Positions 10,888 to 20,515 are shown, numbered from the stretch's first letter. The stretch is 37,391 nucleotides of DNA from Gammaproteobacteria bacterium (GCA_963854885.1 CAWLAW010000001.1:1-37391), one strand, 5' to 3'. Notes: generated by a model from the sequence alone, not told the origin. Made by a program: numbers and translations.

Positions 10888-13410
10888 TTAGAACGGGAGT
10901 TCCAGTCCACCGTCTACGTTGAGTAATAGCTGTCGAAATTTGCCCTTTATTTCTTCAAGCGCTGCGGCGTCGTCTCCTTCGAACCGGAGTACCAAACAAG
11001 GCGTCGTGTTCGACGCACGAATAAGCCCCCAGCCGTTTTCAAAATCGACCCGTAGTCCATCGATGGTCGTCGTATTCGCGTCGGCAAAATCTGCCGTCGA
11101 AAGTACTTTCTCCATAAATGGTGCATGCGCTTGCTCAGACATATCTAAGCGCAACTCTGGGGTCGCGACGCCGCCGGGAATTGCTGCGAATACCTCATCA
11201 GGGCTCTGCCCGGCATTGACTAAAATTTCTAATAACCGCGCCGCCGAGTACAAGGCATCGTCGAAACCGTACCAACGCTCTTTAAAGAATATGTGTCCAC
11301 TCATCTCGCCAGCGAGTAACGCGCCGGTTTCTTGCATTTTGCTCTTGATTAGCGAATGCCCGGTGCGCGCCATAATCGCTTCGCCGCCGTTAGCTGTAAT
11401 GTCGTCGGCAAGTGATTTTGAACACTTGACGTCGTAAATAATCTTCGCGCCGGGGTTTCTCGATAAAACGTCACGCGCGAACAATATCATTTGGCGATCT
11501 GGCCAGATGATATTGCCTTGACTATCTACCACCCCGAGTCGATCGCCGTCTCCATCAAACGCTAAGCCAAGATCGGCGTCTTCATCCTGTACGGCTTCGA
11601 TGAGATCGACTAAGTTTTTCTCGTCACTAGGATCCGGATGGTGATTTGGAAAATCCCCATCAATTTCGCAATATAGCTCTATAACGTCGTGCCCGATGGC
11701 GCGCAAAATATGCGGCGCGGCGATCCCTGGGACACTATTTCCGCAATCTACGACAACCTTGAGTGCATTACCTAGCGTTACTGGAATCTCTTCGCTGATT
11801 CGCCGGATGTAGTCGGGAATAATTTCTGTTGATTGCATCGCGCCTTCGCCGGTCGTGAAGTCTTGGTCTTCTATACGTTGGCGAATTGCTTGGATCGCCT
11901 CTCCCGACAAAGTTTCCCCGTCCAAGACAATTTTTAGGCCATTATATTCTGGTGGGTTATGACTACCGGTGATCATTACGCCGCTATGTGAGTCAAGATA
12001 ATGGGTAGCGAAGTACAAAACCGGGGTTGGGGTGAGCCCGATGTCCAACACGTCACGGCCAGAGTCGCGCAATCCTTCGATTAAGGCGTCGCGTAGTTCC
12101 CGGCTAGAATTGCGCCCGTCTCGTGCAGTTATTACACTTTGCTGACCGCGAGCGGCCGCTTCGGAACCGAGTGCTAGGCCAATTTGGTACACGCCTTCGA
12201 CCGTTAACGATTCTCCCACCACCCCGCGAATGTCGTAACTGCGGAAAATGCTCGGATCGATTTGTTCTCTGGGCGGTAGCGAGTCCTCAGTAACTTCAAT
12301 GCCGGGTAACTCGGGCGCGGTGATGTCGAACATCTCTGGAATTGTCGCGTCGTGGTCTTTTTCCGCCGGCGGTTTTGCGAATGTTGTTATGTCTTCGCCA
12401 TCCAATCCTTCGGACATTGGAGATAACTTGCTCTCGGCTGCTGGAATTGCCCCGACTGCTCCTGGCAGCAGCTGTTCCAAACCAGGAAGGCTGCCTTCCA
12501 AAATGGCTTTAATCGCTCCTTGATAGGTTACGCCGCTGGACGAAAGAGACCGATTGAACCGAGCGCGTAAGAAAACGATAACGGCTATCGCTAATCCGGC
12601 TAGGACGACGACGGCGCCGCCAAGCAGTTTTACGATACTTGCGATATCGAATCCCGAGCCTTGCACGGCGCTACTCGATCGATAAGCGACAACCCATCTC
12701 GTGCCCTTAATTCCGGCGATTGCCGATGGGATTTTTTGATCACCATCGGTACCGATTTTCGCTAGTATCGATGGCGGACCTTTAGGAATCGGTTGACGAA
12801 CTTCGACTACGTCACTGTCCGGCACAATTTCCCTGATGTCTTGCTTGATCAAACTCGCATCGAGACTCAAGTGAAGAAAACCAACCGCCGGCCCGCTTAA
12901 CGGGACGCGTTGAATCATGACAATGTGTTCGTTTTTCGTACCGCTTAAGTGCAGTTCAACGTCTACATCTTCTTCAGTTTGTGCCGCACTTTGCAGCATG
13001 TCGACGGACGCGAAAGTCAGCGGCGGCATTGAATTTGGGTCGATGTGATCAGCGCCCGGCGGCAACATTCTGAGCAACAATGCAGCAGGTATATCTGGCT
13101 GTTCGCGCGCAGCAACTAGAGTACGCACGGTCTTTGCGGACGTCAACGCTGCAACAATTGCGGGTTTTTGCGCCAGGGCCTTAAGCTTGAGCCGCTGAGG
13201 CTCGACTACGGCGCCGAGTTGACGCGCCAAAGATTCAGCGTAACGCTGATTTTCGTCCAGCTGAAGGTCGCGTTTTTCAGCGGCGATTTTCTCGCTGAAT
13301 GATGATACACCGACATAGATCCCGATGAGGACCAGGGCGCCAGTAACGCTCAGCACGGCAGTCGGCTTAAACGCCTGGATGATCTCTGACAATGCGGCGA
13401 GTTTAATCAT
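10888..13410 (-). CDS. algC: Phosphomannomutase/phosphoglucomutase AlgC, long form with a membrane-anchored N-terminal extension
   Basis: 840-codon ORF. The C-terminal ~460 aa carry IFRSYDIRGVVG, the TGSHNPPEYNG phosphoserine loop, FDGDGDR, GEMSGH and a ...LELPF end, collinear with the 463-aa P. aeruginosa AlgC. The N-terminal 359 codons are in frame and include two hydrophobic helices. An internal ATG at 12333 would give a classical short form, so the true start is uncertain. Confidence 0.85.
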   Translation of the reverse strand: MIKLAALSEIIQAFKPTAVLSVTGALVLIGIYVGVSSFSEKIAAEKRDLQLDENQRYAESLARQLGAVVEPQRLKLKALAQKPAIVAALTSAKTVRTLVAAREQPDIPAALLLRMLPPGADHIDPNSMPPLTFASVDMLQSAAQTEEDVDVELHLSGTKNEHIVMIQRVPLSGPAVGFLHLSLDASLIKQDIREIVPDSDVVEVRQPIPKGPPSILAKIGTDGDQKIPSAIAGIKGTRWVVAYRSSSAVQGSGFDIASIVKLLGGAVVVLAGLAIAVIVFLRARFNRSLSSSGVTYQGAIKAILEGSLPGLEQLLPGAVGAIPAAESKLSPMSEGLDGEDITTFAKPPAEKDHDATIPEMFDITAPELPGIEVTEDSLPPREQIDPSIFRSYDIRGVVGESLTVEGVYQIGLALGSEAAARGQQSVITARDGRNSSRELRDALIEGLRDSGRDVLDIGLTPTPVLYFATHYLDSHSGVMITGSHNPPEYNGLKIVLDGETLSGEAIQAIRQRIEDQDFTTGEGAMQSTEIIPDYIRRISEEIPVTLGNALKVVVDCGNSVPGIAAPHILRAIGHDVIELYCEIDGDFPNHHPDPSDEKNLVDLIEAVQDEDADLGLAFDGDGDRLGVVDSQGNIIWPDRQMILFARDVLSRNPGAKIIYDVKCSKSLADDITANGGEAIMARTGHSLIKSKMQETGALLAGEMSGHIFFKERWYGFDDALYSAARLLEILVNAGQSPDEVFAAIPGGVATPELRLDMSEQAHAPFMEKVLSTADFADANTTTIDGLRVDFENGWGLIRASNTTPCLVLRFEGDDAAALEEIKGKFRQLLLNVDGGLELPF

Positions 13411-13458
13411 TGCGCTGAATAAACGTTGTTGGTTTGGCGGTCATAGGAAAATCGATGG

Positions 13459-14664
13459 TTAGGACGGCCGTTGGCCGAAACAAGTTGCGATCAGGCCAAC
13501 CAATTGATTAGCAATAATTTCCTTCGGGGCTTTCGCCAATAATTTCTGTCCGCCGTTCCATAGCACGTGTAGTTCGTTGTCGCTGCTTTCAAATCCCGAC
13601 CCTTCCACGCCGACTATATTGGCCGCGATCATATCCAAGGACTTTTTCTTAAGCTTGGATTGCGCATGTTCCAACAGGTTTTCTGTCTCCGCGGCGAACC
13701 CAACTGCAAATGGTGGTGAGGGCCGCTGCGTGACGCTCCGCAGTATATCTCTTGTCGGTGTTAGAGTCAGGTTCAACGTCTGTTCGCTTTTCTTGCGTTT
13801 TTGTTTGACCGGTTCTTCGATGCGATAGTCCGCGACCGCGGCGCAACCAATAAATATGTCAACGGCGTCTATCTGACTTATTACCGCTGCGTACATCTCC
13901 TCTGCAGATACGACCGGCTCTGCGCGGACGCCAGTTGGCGGCGAAATTGCAACTGGACCGTGAACAAGATGGACATCTGCACCGCTGTCTCGCGCCGCTT
14001 GCGCAAGGGCGAATCCCATTTTACCGCTGCTTCTATTGCCGATAAATCGCACCGGGTCGATCGCTTCTTGAGTTGGACCGGCCGTGATCATGATTCGAAC
14101 CCCTGATAACGTGGGGAGAGTAAATAATTGGTTTATCGCAGTGAGGATCGATTCGGTTTCGGCCAGTCGTCCGGGACCGATTTCGCCGCACGCTTGAGCG
14201 CCGGCGTCTGGTCCAACGCTTACAGCTCCGCGCTCGAGCAACGTTGCGATATTGCGCTGCGTCGCGGCGTTTTGCCACATTTGCTGATTCATCGCCGGTG
14301 CAATGAGTAGGGGCGCGGTGGTCGCAAGGCAAATAGTTGTTGCAAGATCGTCCGCCAAACCTGCGCACACGCGAGCGAGTATATCGGCGGTCGCTGGCGC
14401 AATAACAACGGCGTCGGCCCATCTTGCAAGCTCAATATGGCCCATCGCTGCCTCGGCCCCCGGATCCAGCAAATCCGACCGGACGATTTGTCCCGATAAG
14501 GCCTGGAAGCTCAGTTGGCCCACGAACTGCTGTGCGGCTTGGGTCATCACAACCCGTACCGCCGCGTCAGCGTCACGCAAGCGACGCACCAGCTCGAGGC
14601 TTTTATAAGCCGCGATGCCACCGGCGACGATAACCAGAATTCGCTTATTTTTGAGCTGCGTCAT
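13459..14664 (-). CDS. coaBC: Bifunctional phosphopantothenoylcysteine decarboxylase / phosphopantothenate-cysteine ligase
   Basis: Flavoprotein N-domain (ILVIVAGGIAAYK, PAMNQQMW) and CoaB C-domain (SSGKMG, AAVADY). Start placed at ATG 14664 (MTQLKNKRIL...). The track ORF begins 12 codons upstream at a TTG. Confidence 0.93.
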   Translation of the reverse strand: MTQLKNKRILVIVAGGIAAYKSLELVRRLRDADAAVRVVMTQAAQQFVGQLSFQALSGQIVRSDLLDPGAEAAMGHIELARWADAVVIAPATADILARVCAGLADDLATTICLATTAPLLIAPAMNQQMWQNAATQRNIATLLERGAVSVGPDAGAQACGEIGPGRLAETESILTAINQLFTLPTLSGVRIMITAGPTQEAIDPVRFIGNRSSGKMGFALAQAARDSGADVHLVHGPVAISPPTGVRAEPVVSAEEMYAAVISQIDAVDIFIGCAAVADYRIEEPVKQKRKKSEQTLNLTLTPTRDILRSVTQRPSPPFAVGFAAETENLLEHAQSKLKKKSLDMIAANIVGVEGSGFESSDNELHVLWNGGQKLLAKAPKEIIANQLVGLIATCFGQRPS

Positions 14665-14880
14665 AAGAAATCCCGCAGAACAGTAATTGCCCCGCAACAA
14701 TCACCATTCATATACTACAAATCTCTTATAAATAATAGCTTAGAAACGAAAGTTTATAGAAATTCTAACATTTATGGTCGTCGATTTTCGTTGTCCGTTT
14801 CGATCGATGATGCGCGGTGCAAACCGGCACTTGCACGATATAATCCCGCCTCAATTAACTCATAAAACAAGGATGTTTAT

Positions 14881-15558
14881 ATGACTATCAGAAATTGGCC
14901 TCGCCTTGAGCGACCTCGGGAAAAGTTATTAAGCAGAGGAATCAATAGTTTATCTGACGCCGAACTACTCGCGGTAATATTTGGTTCAGGTATCGCGGGA
15001 TGCGATGCCGTCGAGCTCGCGCGTCGTGCGCTAGCCCGACACGGCAGTATTCGCGGTTTAATCGAATTGAATCGCAACGATTTTACTGCCATGTCTGGCC
15101 TCGGTGACGCTAAATTTGTTGCCCTTCAGGCCGGCGTTGAAATCGGGCGCCGCGCACTACACGACGAAATGATCTCCAGTTCACCGATCACGGATGCAAC
15201 AGCCGCAAAAGCGTACTTGGTCGCGGAACTCGGCGCGCGTTCTCGGGAAGCATTTTGTGCCATTTTCTTGGACAATCGACATCGCGTGATAGCGTTTGAA
15301 ATTCTGGTTGTCGGCACCATTGATAGCGCCACGGTCCATCCGCGTGAGGTTGTGGCCCGAGTCTTAGAATTGCGCGCGGCGGCGGTTATTTTCGCGCACA
15401 ATCACCCATCTGGGGTAAGCGAGCCGAGCGCCGCTGATATCAATTTAACCCGCACCTTGTCCCAGGCGCTGAAATTGATTGATGTGCGCGTACTTGACCA
15501 TTTCGTCGTCGCCCGGCAGCAGATTACCTCTTTTGCCGACCGAGGGCTCCTTGAATAG
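14881..15558 (+). CDS. radC: RadC-family (UPF0758) JAMM-motif protein
   Basis: 225 aa. N-terminal HhH-like region and a C-terminal JAMM motif HNHPSG..EPS..D. Conserved coaBC / radC-rpmB-rpmG neighbourhood. AAGGA RBS upstream of the ATG. Confidence 0.9.
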   Translation: MTIRNWPRLERPREKLLSRGINSLSDAELLAVIFGSGIAGCDAVELARRALARHGSIRGLIELNRNDFTAMSGLGDAKFVALQAGVEIGRRALHDEMISSSPITDATAAKAYLVAELGARSREAFCAIFLDNRHRVIAFEILVVGTIDSATVHPREVVARVLELRAAAVIFAHNHPSGVSEPSAADINLTRTLSQALKLIDVRVLDHFVVARQQITSFADRGLLE

Positions 15559-15562
15559 CCAC

Positions 15563-15591
15563 TTGGCGTGCAGGGCAAAAACCGCTAGAAT
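15563..15591 (+). promoter_or_regulatory. Putative sigma-70 promoter for rpmB-rpmG
   Basis: TTGGCG (15563-15568), a 17-nt spacer, then TAGAAT (15586-15591), ending 33 nt upstream of the rpmB ATG. Pattern match only. Confidence 0.45.
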
Positions 15592-15624
15592 TGCGCGCCC
15601 TATCGGACCAGGTGTAAGAAAGAA

Positions 15625-15861
15625 ATGTCTCGTGTATGTCAGGTAACCGGAAAACGACCCGTCGCCGGGAACAACGTGTCGCATGCCCATAATAAGACGC
15701 GGCGACGTTTTTTACCGAATCTTCAGATCCATCGTTTTTGGGTTGAAAGTGAAAATCGTTGGGTTAAGTTAAAGATCTCGACGAAAGGTTTACGCATCAT
15801 CGATAAACTGGGGATTGACCAGGTGTTGAGCGATGTCCGCGGACGCGGGATTAAGGTCTAG
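15625..15861 (+). CDS. rpmB: 50S ribosomal protein L28
   Basis: 78 aa. [28 protein letters not shown] is the canonical L28 N-terminus. Confidence 0.97.
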   Translation: MSRVCQVTGKRPVAGNNVSHAHNKTRRRFLPNLQIHRFWVESENRWVKLKISTKGLRIIDKLGIDQVLSDVRGRGIKV

Positions 15862-15872
15862 GAGTATTTTCG

Positions 15873-16028
15873 ATGCCAGAAAAAATCAAACTCGTTTCCT
15901 CAGCCGAAACTGGGCACTACTATACGACTGCGAAGAACAAGCGCACCCATCCGGAAAAAATGGAGCGGATGAAATATGACCCGGTTGTACGTAAGCACGT
16001 AATGTACAAAGAGGCCAAAATTAAGTAG
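15873..16028 (+). CDS. rpmG: 50S ribosomal protein L33
   Basis: Not in the ORF track because it is under 60 aa. I translated it by hand as [51 protein letters not shown] (51 aa). GGAG RBS at 15861-15864. Directly follows rpmB. Confidence 0.95.
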   Translation: MPEKIKLVSSAETGHYYTTAKNKRTHPEKMERMKYDPVVRKHVMYKEAKIK

Positions 16029-16054
16029 CGCTTACGCCTACTGGAACGGAAAAA

Positions 16055-16082
16055 CCTCGCTTAATCAAGCGGGGTTTTTTTT
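16055..16082 (+). terminator. Rho-independent terminator after rpmG, probably bidirectional
   Basis: 8-bp stem CCTCGCTT/AAGCGGGG (one G-U pair), loop AATC, then T8 (16075-16082). An A5 run lies 5-prime of the stem, so the minus-strand transcript from desA would also see a stem followed by a U-tract. Confidence 0.75.
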
Positions 16083-16181
16083 GCTTGATCCAACAAGCAT
16101 GCCAACTGTTGACCGATCTTCGCGTTGTATGGCCACGCCACAGGCAAACAAAATTTGCGACTCAATTTGCGCGATTTTCGC

Positions 16182-17366
16182 CTAGCTGCGCTGACCAGCG
16201 CTTAGGGTATAGCATTGAAGCGAGGCAGCGAAATCTTCTAACGAAGCAATACCCGTGGCCTCAGCGCGCCGGCGCCACTCCTGAAGCTGCACCAGCAAGC
16301 GCTCTGGGGTGGCGGTTCTTTCGGTAAATATTTGCTGCAGCTGTTCACGAAATTCACACGCCACCGTCAACGCTGAACTGTGTTGAAGTCCAGCCTCAAG
16401 TAACGAACGTTGCCGGTCATCCATCAAACTTTGCTCGCGCGCGAGCAACGATCGGGTCGCTTTGAGCTGCTCTCGGATTCCCACTTCTGCTTTCTGCAGT
16501 TCCTCGCGGTGAACTTTTTTGAGTACATGTTTCGCGTAATCCGCCATTACGTGAAATCGACTGCCGACGAGCGCACTTAGGGTGTCCAAATCTAATGACG
16601 TTTTCGCGCGATCCAGCCGCGGGCTCGGCGCTAACTTTTTCACATTCGCCAACCCGACCATCACCAGTAGCGAAATGTATAACCAACCGATATCGAATTC
16701 CCACGGTTTCACCGAAAATCGTGCCGAACTCGCGAACGCATGATGATTGTTATGCAATTCTTCCCCGCCTATCAAGATCCCCCAAGGCACGATGTTAGTC
16801 GACGAATCCATTGTTTCGAAGTTGCGATAACCGCTCCAATGTCCAGCTCCGTTAATAATGCCGGCTGCGAAAATAGGAATCCACGCCATTTGTATTGCCC
16901 AAACACTTAATCCGAGTGCACCAAACAGGGTCAAATTAATAATTAGCATCGTTGCAACGCCGATTCGGTCGTGTGGTCCGAAAACATGTCGCTCCAACCA
17001 GTCATCCGGTGTCCCGTGTCCATACCGCGCGAGCATTTTGGGATCCTTGCCTTGTTCGCGATAGAGCTCTGCGCCGCGCGACAGTACGGTCCACAAGCCG
17101 ACAGTTTGTGGGCTGTGGGGATCGCCTATTTTGTCGACGAAGGCATGATGCTTACGATGAATGGCTGCCCAGTTTTTGGTCGTCATGCCGGTAGTCAACC
17201 ACAGCCAAAGACGAAATATAAATGCGCAAGCCGGATGCAGATCAATGGCTCTGTGAGCTTGGTGGCGATGTAGATAAATGGTGACTGAAGCAATTGTAAA
17301 ATGGGTCATACAAAGCGCCACGACTACCGTCGCCCACCAAGGCAGATCTAATATTCCGTTAAGCAT
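16182..17366 (-). CDS. desA: Membrane fatty-acid (acyl-lipid, delta-9 type) desaturase
   Basis: 394 aa. Three histidine boxes (HRHQAH, HRKHH, HNNHH), N-terminal TM helices and a C-terminal helical extension. As I recall, length and layout match P. aeruginosa DesA. Confidence 0.82.
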   Translation of the reverse strand: MLNGILDLPWWATVVVALCMTHFTIASVTIYLHRHQAHRAIDLHPACAFIFRLWLWLTTGMTTKNWAAIHRKHHAFVDKIGDPHSPQTVGLWTVLSRGAELYREQGKDPKMLARYGHGTPDDWLERHVFGPHDRIGVATMLIINLTLFGALGLSVWAIQMAWIPIFAAGIINGAGHWSGYRNFETMDSSTNIVPWGILIGGEELHNNHHAFASSARFSVKPWEFDIGWLYISLLVMVGLANVKKLAPSPRLDRAKTSLDLDTLSALVGSRFHVMADYAKHVLKKVHREELQKAEVGIREQLKATRSLLAREQSLMDDRQRSLLEAGLQHSSALTVACEFREQLQQIFTERTATPERLLVQLQEWRRRAEATGIASLEDFAASLQCYTLSAGQRS

Positions 17367-17434
17367 AAGCTTTCAATATCTTCCGACAAAACGCCGCATC
17401 GTCAACGGCAACAAGGGCATTTTCGCGCAATTGC

Positions 17435-17463
17435 TTGCAAAATAAAAATTCCGCTCATAAATT
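17435..17463 (+). promoter_or_regulatory. Possible sigma-70 promoter for the ABC-2 transporter operon
   Basis: TTGCAA (17435-17440), a 17-nt spacer, then TAAATT (17458-17463) in an AT-rich stretch. Weak pattern match. If real, it argues against the TTG 17435 start for the ATPase ORF. Confidence 0.3.
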
Positions 17464-17515
17464 GAGATCAACAACGCTTGGCAATTCGGTCGCGGTCGCG
17501 AATAATACCGGCCCG

Positions 17516-18442
17516 ATGCCGGATGCTCCGCTGCTAAGCGCCCAAAAACTTACTCGTTACTATCATGGCCGGAAGGTGTTGCACGGCATTGACCTCGAAC
17601 TACGGCGCGGCGAAGTACTCGGGTTTCTTGGGCCGAATGGCGCTGGCAAATCGACGACCATGAATATACTCAGCGGCAACCTCGCCGCTCACAGCGGACA
17701 GGTTGTCATTTGTGGCCACGACTTGGTCCGCTCGCCATTGCTCGCTAAGCGGCACATCGGGTATTTGCCTGAGATCCCCCCGTTGTACATCGAAACAACC
17801 GTTGACGAGTATCTTATATTCTGTGCTCGGCTGCGCGGGTTATCATCCGGCGAAAGCAAGCTCGCGCTAGAGAAAGCGAAGCATGATTGCGAATTAACCG
17901 AGGTCGGTGGGCGCCTAATAGGTAATCTTTCGAAAGGGTTTCGCCAACGTGTTGGTATTGCGCAAGCGCTGTTGCATAGTCCAGCGGTTGTTATTCTCGA
18001 CGAACCGACAAATGGTCTCGATCCGAACCAAATTCGCGCCGTGCGGGCAACCATCAACGCGTTAGCCGAACGGCATGCGGTCATTTTGTCGAGCCACGTA
18101 TTGTCCGAAGTACAAGCCTTGTGCACGCGTGTCGCAATCCTACATCACGGCCGGATCGAGTTTAATGAAACGGTTGAGCAGCAACTTGACGGCATGCGGG
18201 TCCAATTGTTGAATATTGATAGTGAACCAATCTGGGAACGACTAGACGGCGTTACAAATGCGACTGCGCTAGGCGGCGGGAATTATCGCGTGGTGGTGGA
18301 TGACTACGAGAAAGCGGCAGACGCTGTGTGCAATTTCGCTAAACAAAAGGGTTGGAAATTACGCGAGTTGCGCCGCGACACATCGCCTTTGGAGACGCTT
18401 TTCGTCGACTTAACCTGTAACGACACAAGCGCGACCCCATGA
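17516..18442 (+). CDS. ABC transporter ATP-binding protein (GldA-like, ABC-2 subfamily)
   Basis: Walker A GPNGAGKST, signature LSKGFRQR, Walker B VVILDEP, H-loop SSH. Start placed at the first ATG (17516, MPDAPLL...). The track ORF starts at TTG 17435. Confidence 0.85.
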   Translation: MPDAPLLSAQKLTRYYHGRKVLHGIDLELRRGEVLGFLGPNGAGKSTTMNILSGNLAAHSGQVVICGHDLVRSPLLAKRHIGYLPEIPPLYIETTVDEYLIFCARLRGLSSGESKLALEKAKHDCELTEVGGRLIGNLSKGFRQRVGIAQALLHSPAVVILDEPTNGLDPNQIRAVRATINALAERHAVILSSHVLSEVQALCTRVAILHHGRIEFNETVEQQLDGMRVQLLNIDSEPIWERLDGVTNATALGGGNYRVVVDDYEKAADAVCNFAKQKGWKLRELRRDTSPLETLFVDLTCNDTSATP

Positions 18443-19188
18443 TCGGGGTAATCGCCAAGCGCGAGGCTACCGCATTATTTCGCACCCCGTTAGCTTGGTC
18501 GCTGTTAGCCATGGTCCAATTCGTGCTGGCATATCAATTCTTGGCGCAAATAGAAACGTACCTAAAATTTGAGGACAAACTACGCACCATGCCAGAAGCG
18601 CCGGGGGTTACCGAAGTCGTGGTGACCCCGATATTAGGTATTGCGGCAATGTTATTGCTGTTTTTCGTACCCATTTTGACCATGGCCAGTATTTCTGGCG
18701 AACGACGCAACGGCACCTTGCCTTTACTGCTCAGCTCTCCGGTAACTTCGCGACAAATCGTGCTGGGAAAGTTCTTTGGCATTGGCAGTCTGCTATTTGT
18801 GCTTTGGCTGACCGTTGCACTAATGCCATTAACGCTGATGTGGGGCGCTCCGATCGATATCGGCGCTTATTTATCTGGTTTACTTGCATTCGCGTGCTTG
18901 TGTGCGAGCTACGCCGCAGTTGGTCTGATGTTTTCGACACTTTTTACACAACCGGCCGTTGGGGCGGTGATGACGTTTGGATTATTGAGTTTTTTGTGGC
19001 TGGTTGATTGGGCTACCCGTTTGGGCGAACAGGCTGGACTACTCACGTATCTATCAAGTCTTAACCATTTTCAACAAATGTCCAGCGGGCTGTTGAACTC
19101 GGCCGATTTCGTTTATTTCGCCGCGCTTTGCTTTAGCGCACTAGCGATCGCAATTTGGCGTCTCGACGGTGATCGCAAGCCACTTTAA
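18439..19188 (+). CDS. ABC-2 type transporter permease (GldF/NosY-like)
   Basis: 249 aa with about six hydrophobic helices. ATGA overlap with the ATPase gene. Confidence 0.8.
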   Translation: MIGVIAKREATALFRTPLAWSLLAMVQFVLAYQFLAQIETYLKFEDKLRTMPEAPGVTEVVVTPILGIAAMLLLFFVPILTMASISGERRNGTLPLLLSSPVTSRQIVLGKFFGIGSLLFVLWLTVALMPLTLMWGAPIDIGAYLSGLLAFACLCASYAAVGLMFSTLFTQPAVGAVMTFGLLSFLWLVDWATRLGEQAGLLTYLSSLNHFQQMSSGLLNSADFVYFAALCFSALAIAIWRLDGDRKPL

Positions 19189-20515
19189 TTATCAGCGTGT
19201 GAAAACTCGCGTCACGCATACTTTGCAATTTATTGGCATTGCGCTGCTTACGTTTTCTGCATGCTGGTGGAGTGTTCGCGAGCCGTTTACGCGAGACGTA
19301 ACTGACGCGCGAAATCACACCTTGTCCGCCGCGAGCATGCAGATCCTCAATCTGTTCGAAGCGCCGATAAGCGTGACAGCCTACGTTCCTACGCGGAGCC
19401 CAAGGCGCAAGCAAATCGAATTCTTGATTAAACGTTATCAGCGCAATTTTCCCGGTCTCGAACTTCGCTTCGTCGATCCAGCCGATGAACCTGAGAAAGT
19501 CCGCGCTGAGAATATTCGTGGCGGTGAACTGATTGTTAGCGCTGCTGGCCGATCACAACGCACCAGCCACTATAGCGAACAAGCGTTCACGGACACCCTC
19601 GCGAGACTAACGCGTGCGGCTGACCGATGGATAGTGTTTGTAAAAGGGCATGGCGAGCGCAGTCCGACCGGGGTCGCAAATCACGATATCTCCGATTGGG
19701 CGAGCACCTTAGAGCAACGCGGCTTAAACGTTCAGGAGATAAGCCTTGCTGAATTCAGCGCGATCCCAGACAACACGAGTGTATTGGTCATCGCTAGTCC
19801 GCAACTTAATTATCAACCGAGCGAAGCACAAGCGATTGAACAATACTTAGAACGTGGGGGTAATCTGCTCTGGCTTGCAGAGCCCGACTCTCCGGCGAAC
19901 TTAACCGGCCTCGAGCGAACGGTCGGTTTCGAGCGTATTCCGGGTACCATCGTCGACCCGGTAAGCGTCGCGAGTGGCATAGATAACCCAGCTTTTGTGC
20001 TGCTCAATCGTTACGCCGATCACCCCTCAATCGATGAATTTAATTACACGACGATTTTCTTCTACGCGTGTGCCTTACATGAACGTCCGTCCGCGGGTTG
20101 GAACGCCAAGCGACTCATTCACACTGGCGATAAAGCGTGGAGCGAAACCGATCCCTTAGATGGAAATGTGGGCTACGACGAAAATTCTGATTTTCTCGGC
20201 CCGCTGCCGATAAGCCTCGCGCTAAGCCGAACGCTCGGCGGCCACGAACAACGAGTAGTAATTGTCGGTGATGGTGACTTTCTCGCCAACGCCTATTTAC
20301 AGAATACCGGCAATCAAGATCTTGGTGTACGCTTTGTCGAATGGTTGGCCCACGACGACGCTCTAGTCGCCGTCCCCAGTCGGGTCGCGCGCGACAATAA
20401 CTTGGTGTTAGAGAACTGGCACAAAGCGGTAATCGGATTTACCTTTTTAGTTGGCTTACCCACGGCTTTTGCGTTAAATGGCGTTGTGGTTTGGTGGCGA
20501 CGACGACGTGCCTGA
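19169..20515 (+). CDS. GldG-family ABC-transport auxiliary protein (large extracytoplasmic domain between N- and C-terminal TM anchors)
   Basis: 448 aa. N-terminal helix (LQFIGIALLTFSACWW) and a C-terminal helix followed by WWRRRRA. Its position after the ABC-2 ATPase and permease matches the GldA/F/G architecture. Start is GTG 19169 (20-nt overlap with the permease) or GTG 19199; there is no nearby ATG. Confidence 0.72.
   Translation: MIASHFNYQRVKTRVTHTLQFIGIALLTFSACWWSVREPFTRDVTDARNHTLSAASMQILNLFEAPISVTAYVPTRSPRRKQIEFLIKRYQRNFPGLELRFVDPADEPEKVRAENIRGGELIVSAAGRSQRTSHYSEQAFTDTLARLTRAADRWIVFVKGHGERSPTGVANHDISDWASTLEQRGLNVQEISLAEFSAIPDNTSVLVIASPQLNYQPSEAQAIEQYLERGGNLLWLAEPDSPANLTGLERTVGFERIPGTIVDPVSVASGIDNPAFVLLNRYADHPSIDEFNYTTIFFYACALHERPSAGWNAKRLIHTGDKAWSETDPLDGNVGYDENSDFLGPLPISLALSRTLGGHEQRVVIVGDGDFLANAYLQNTGNQDLGVRFVEWLAHDDALVAVPSRVARDNNLVLENWHKAVIGFTFLVGLPTAFALNGVVVWWRRRRA

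Noticed and set aside
10919-11437. 172-aa ORF antisense to algC
   Set aside because: It lies inside the conserved PMM/PGM catalytic region on the other strand and is a Ser/Ala-rich shadow frame.
14665-14880. AT-rich 216-bp coaBC/radC divergent spacer with a perfect TATAAT at 14839-14844
   Set aside because: It is probably just the radC promoter region. The best -35 candidates (GGTGCA or GTGCAA) are weak, and I found no repeats, small ORF with an RBS, or structured RNA signature, so I did not call it as a feature.
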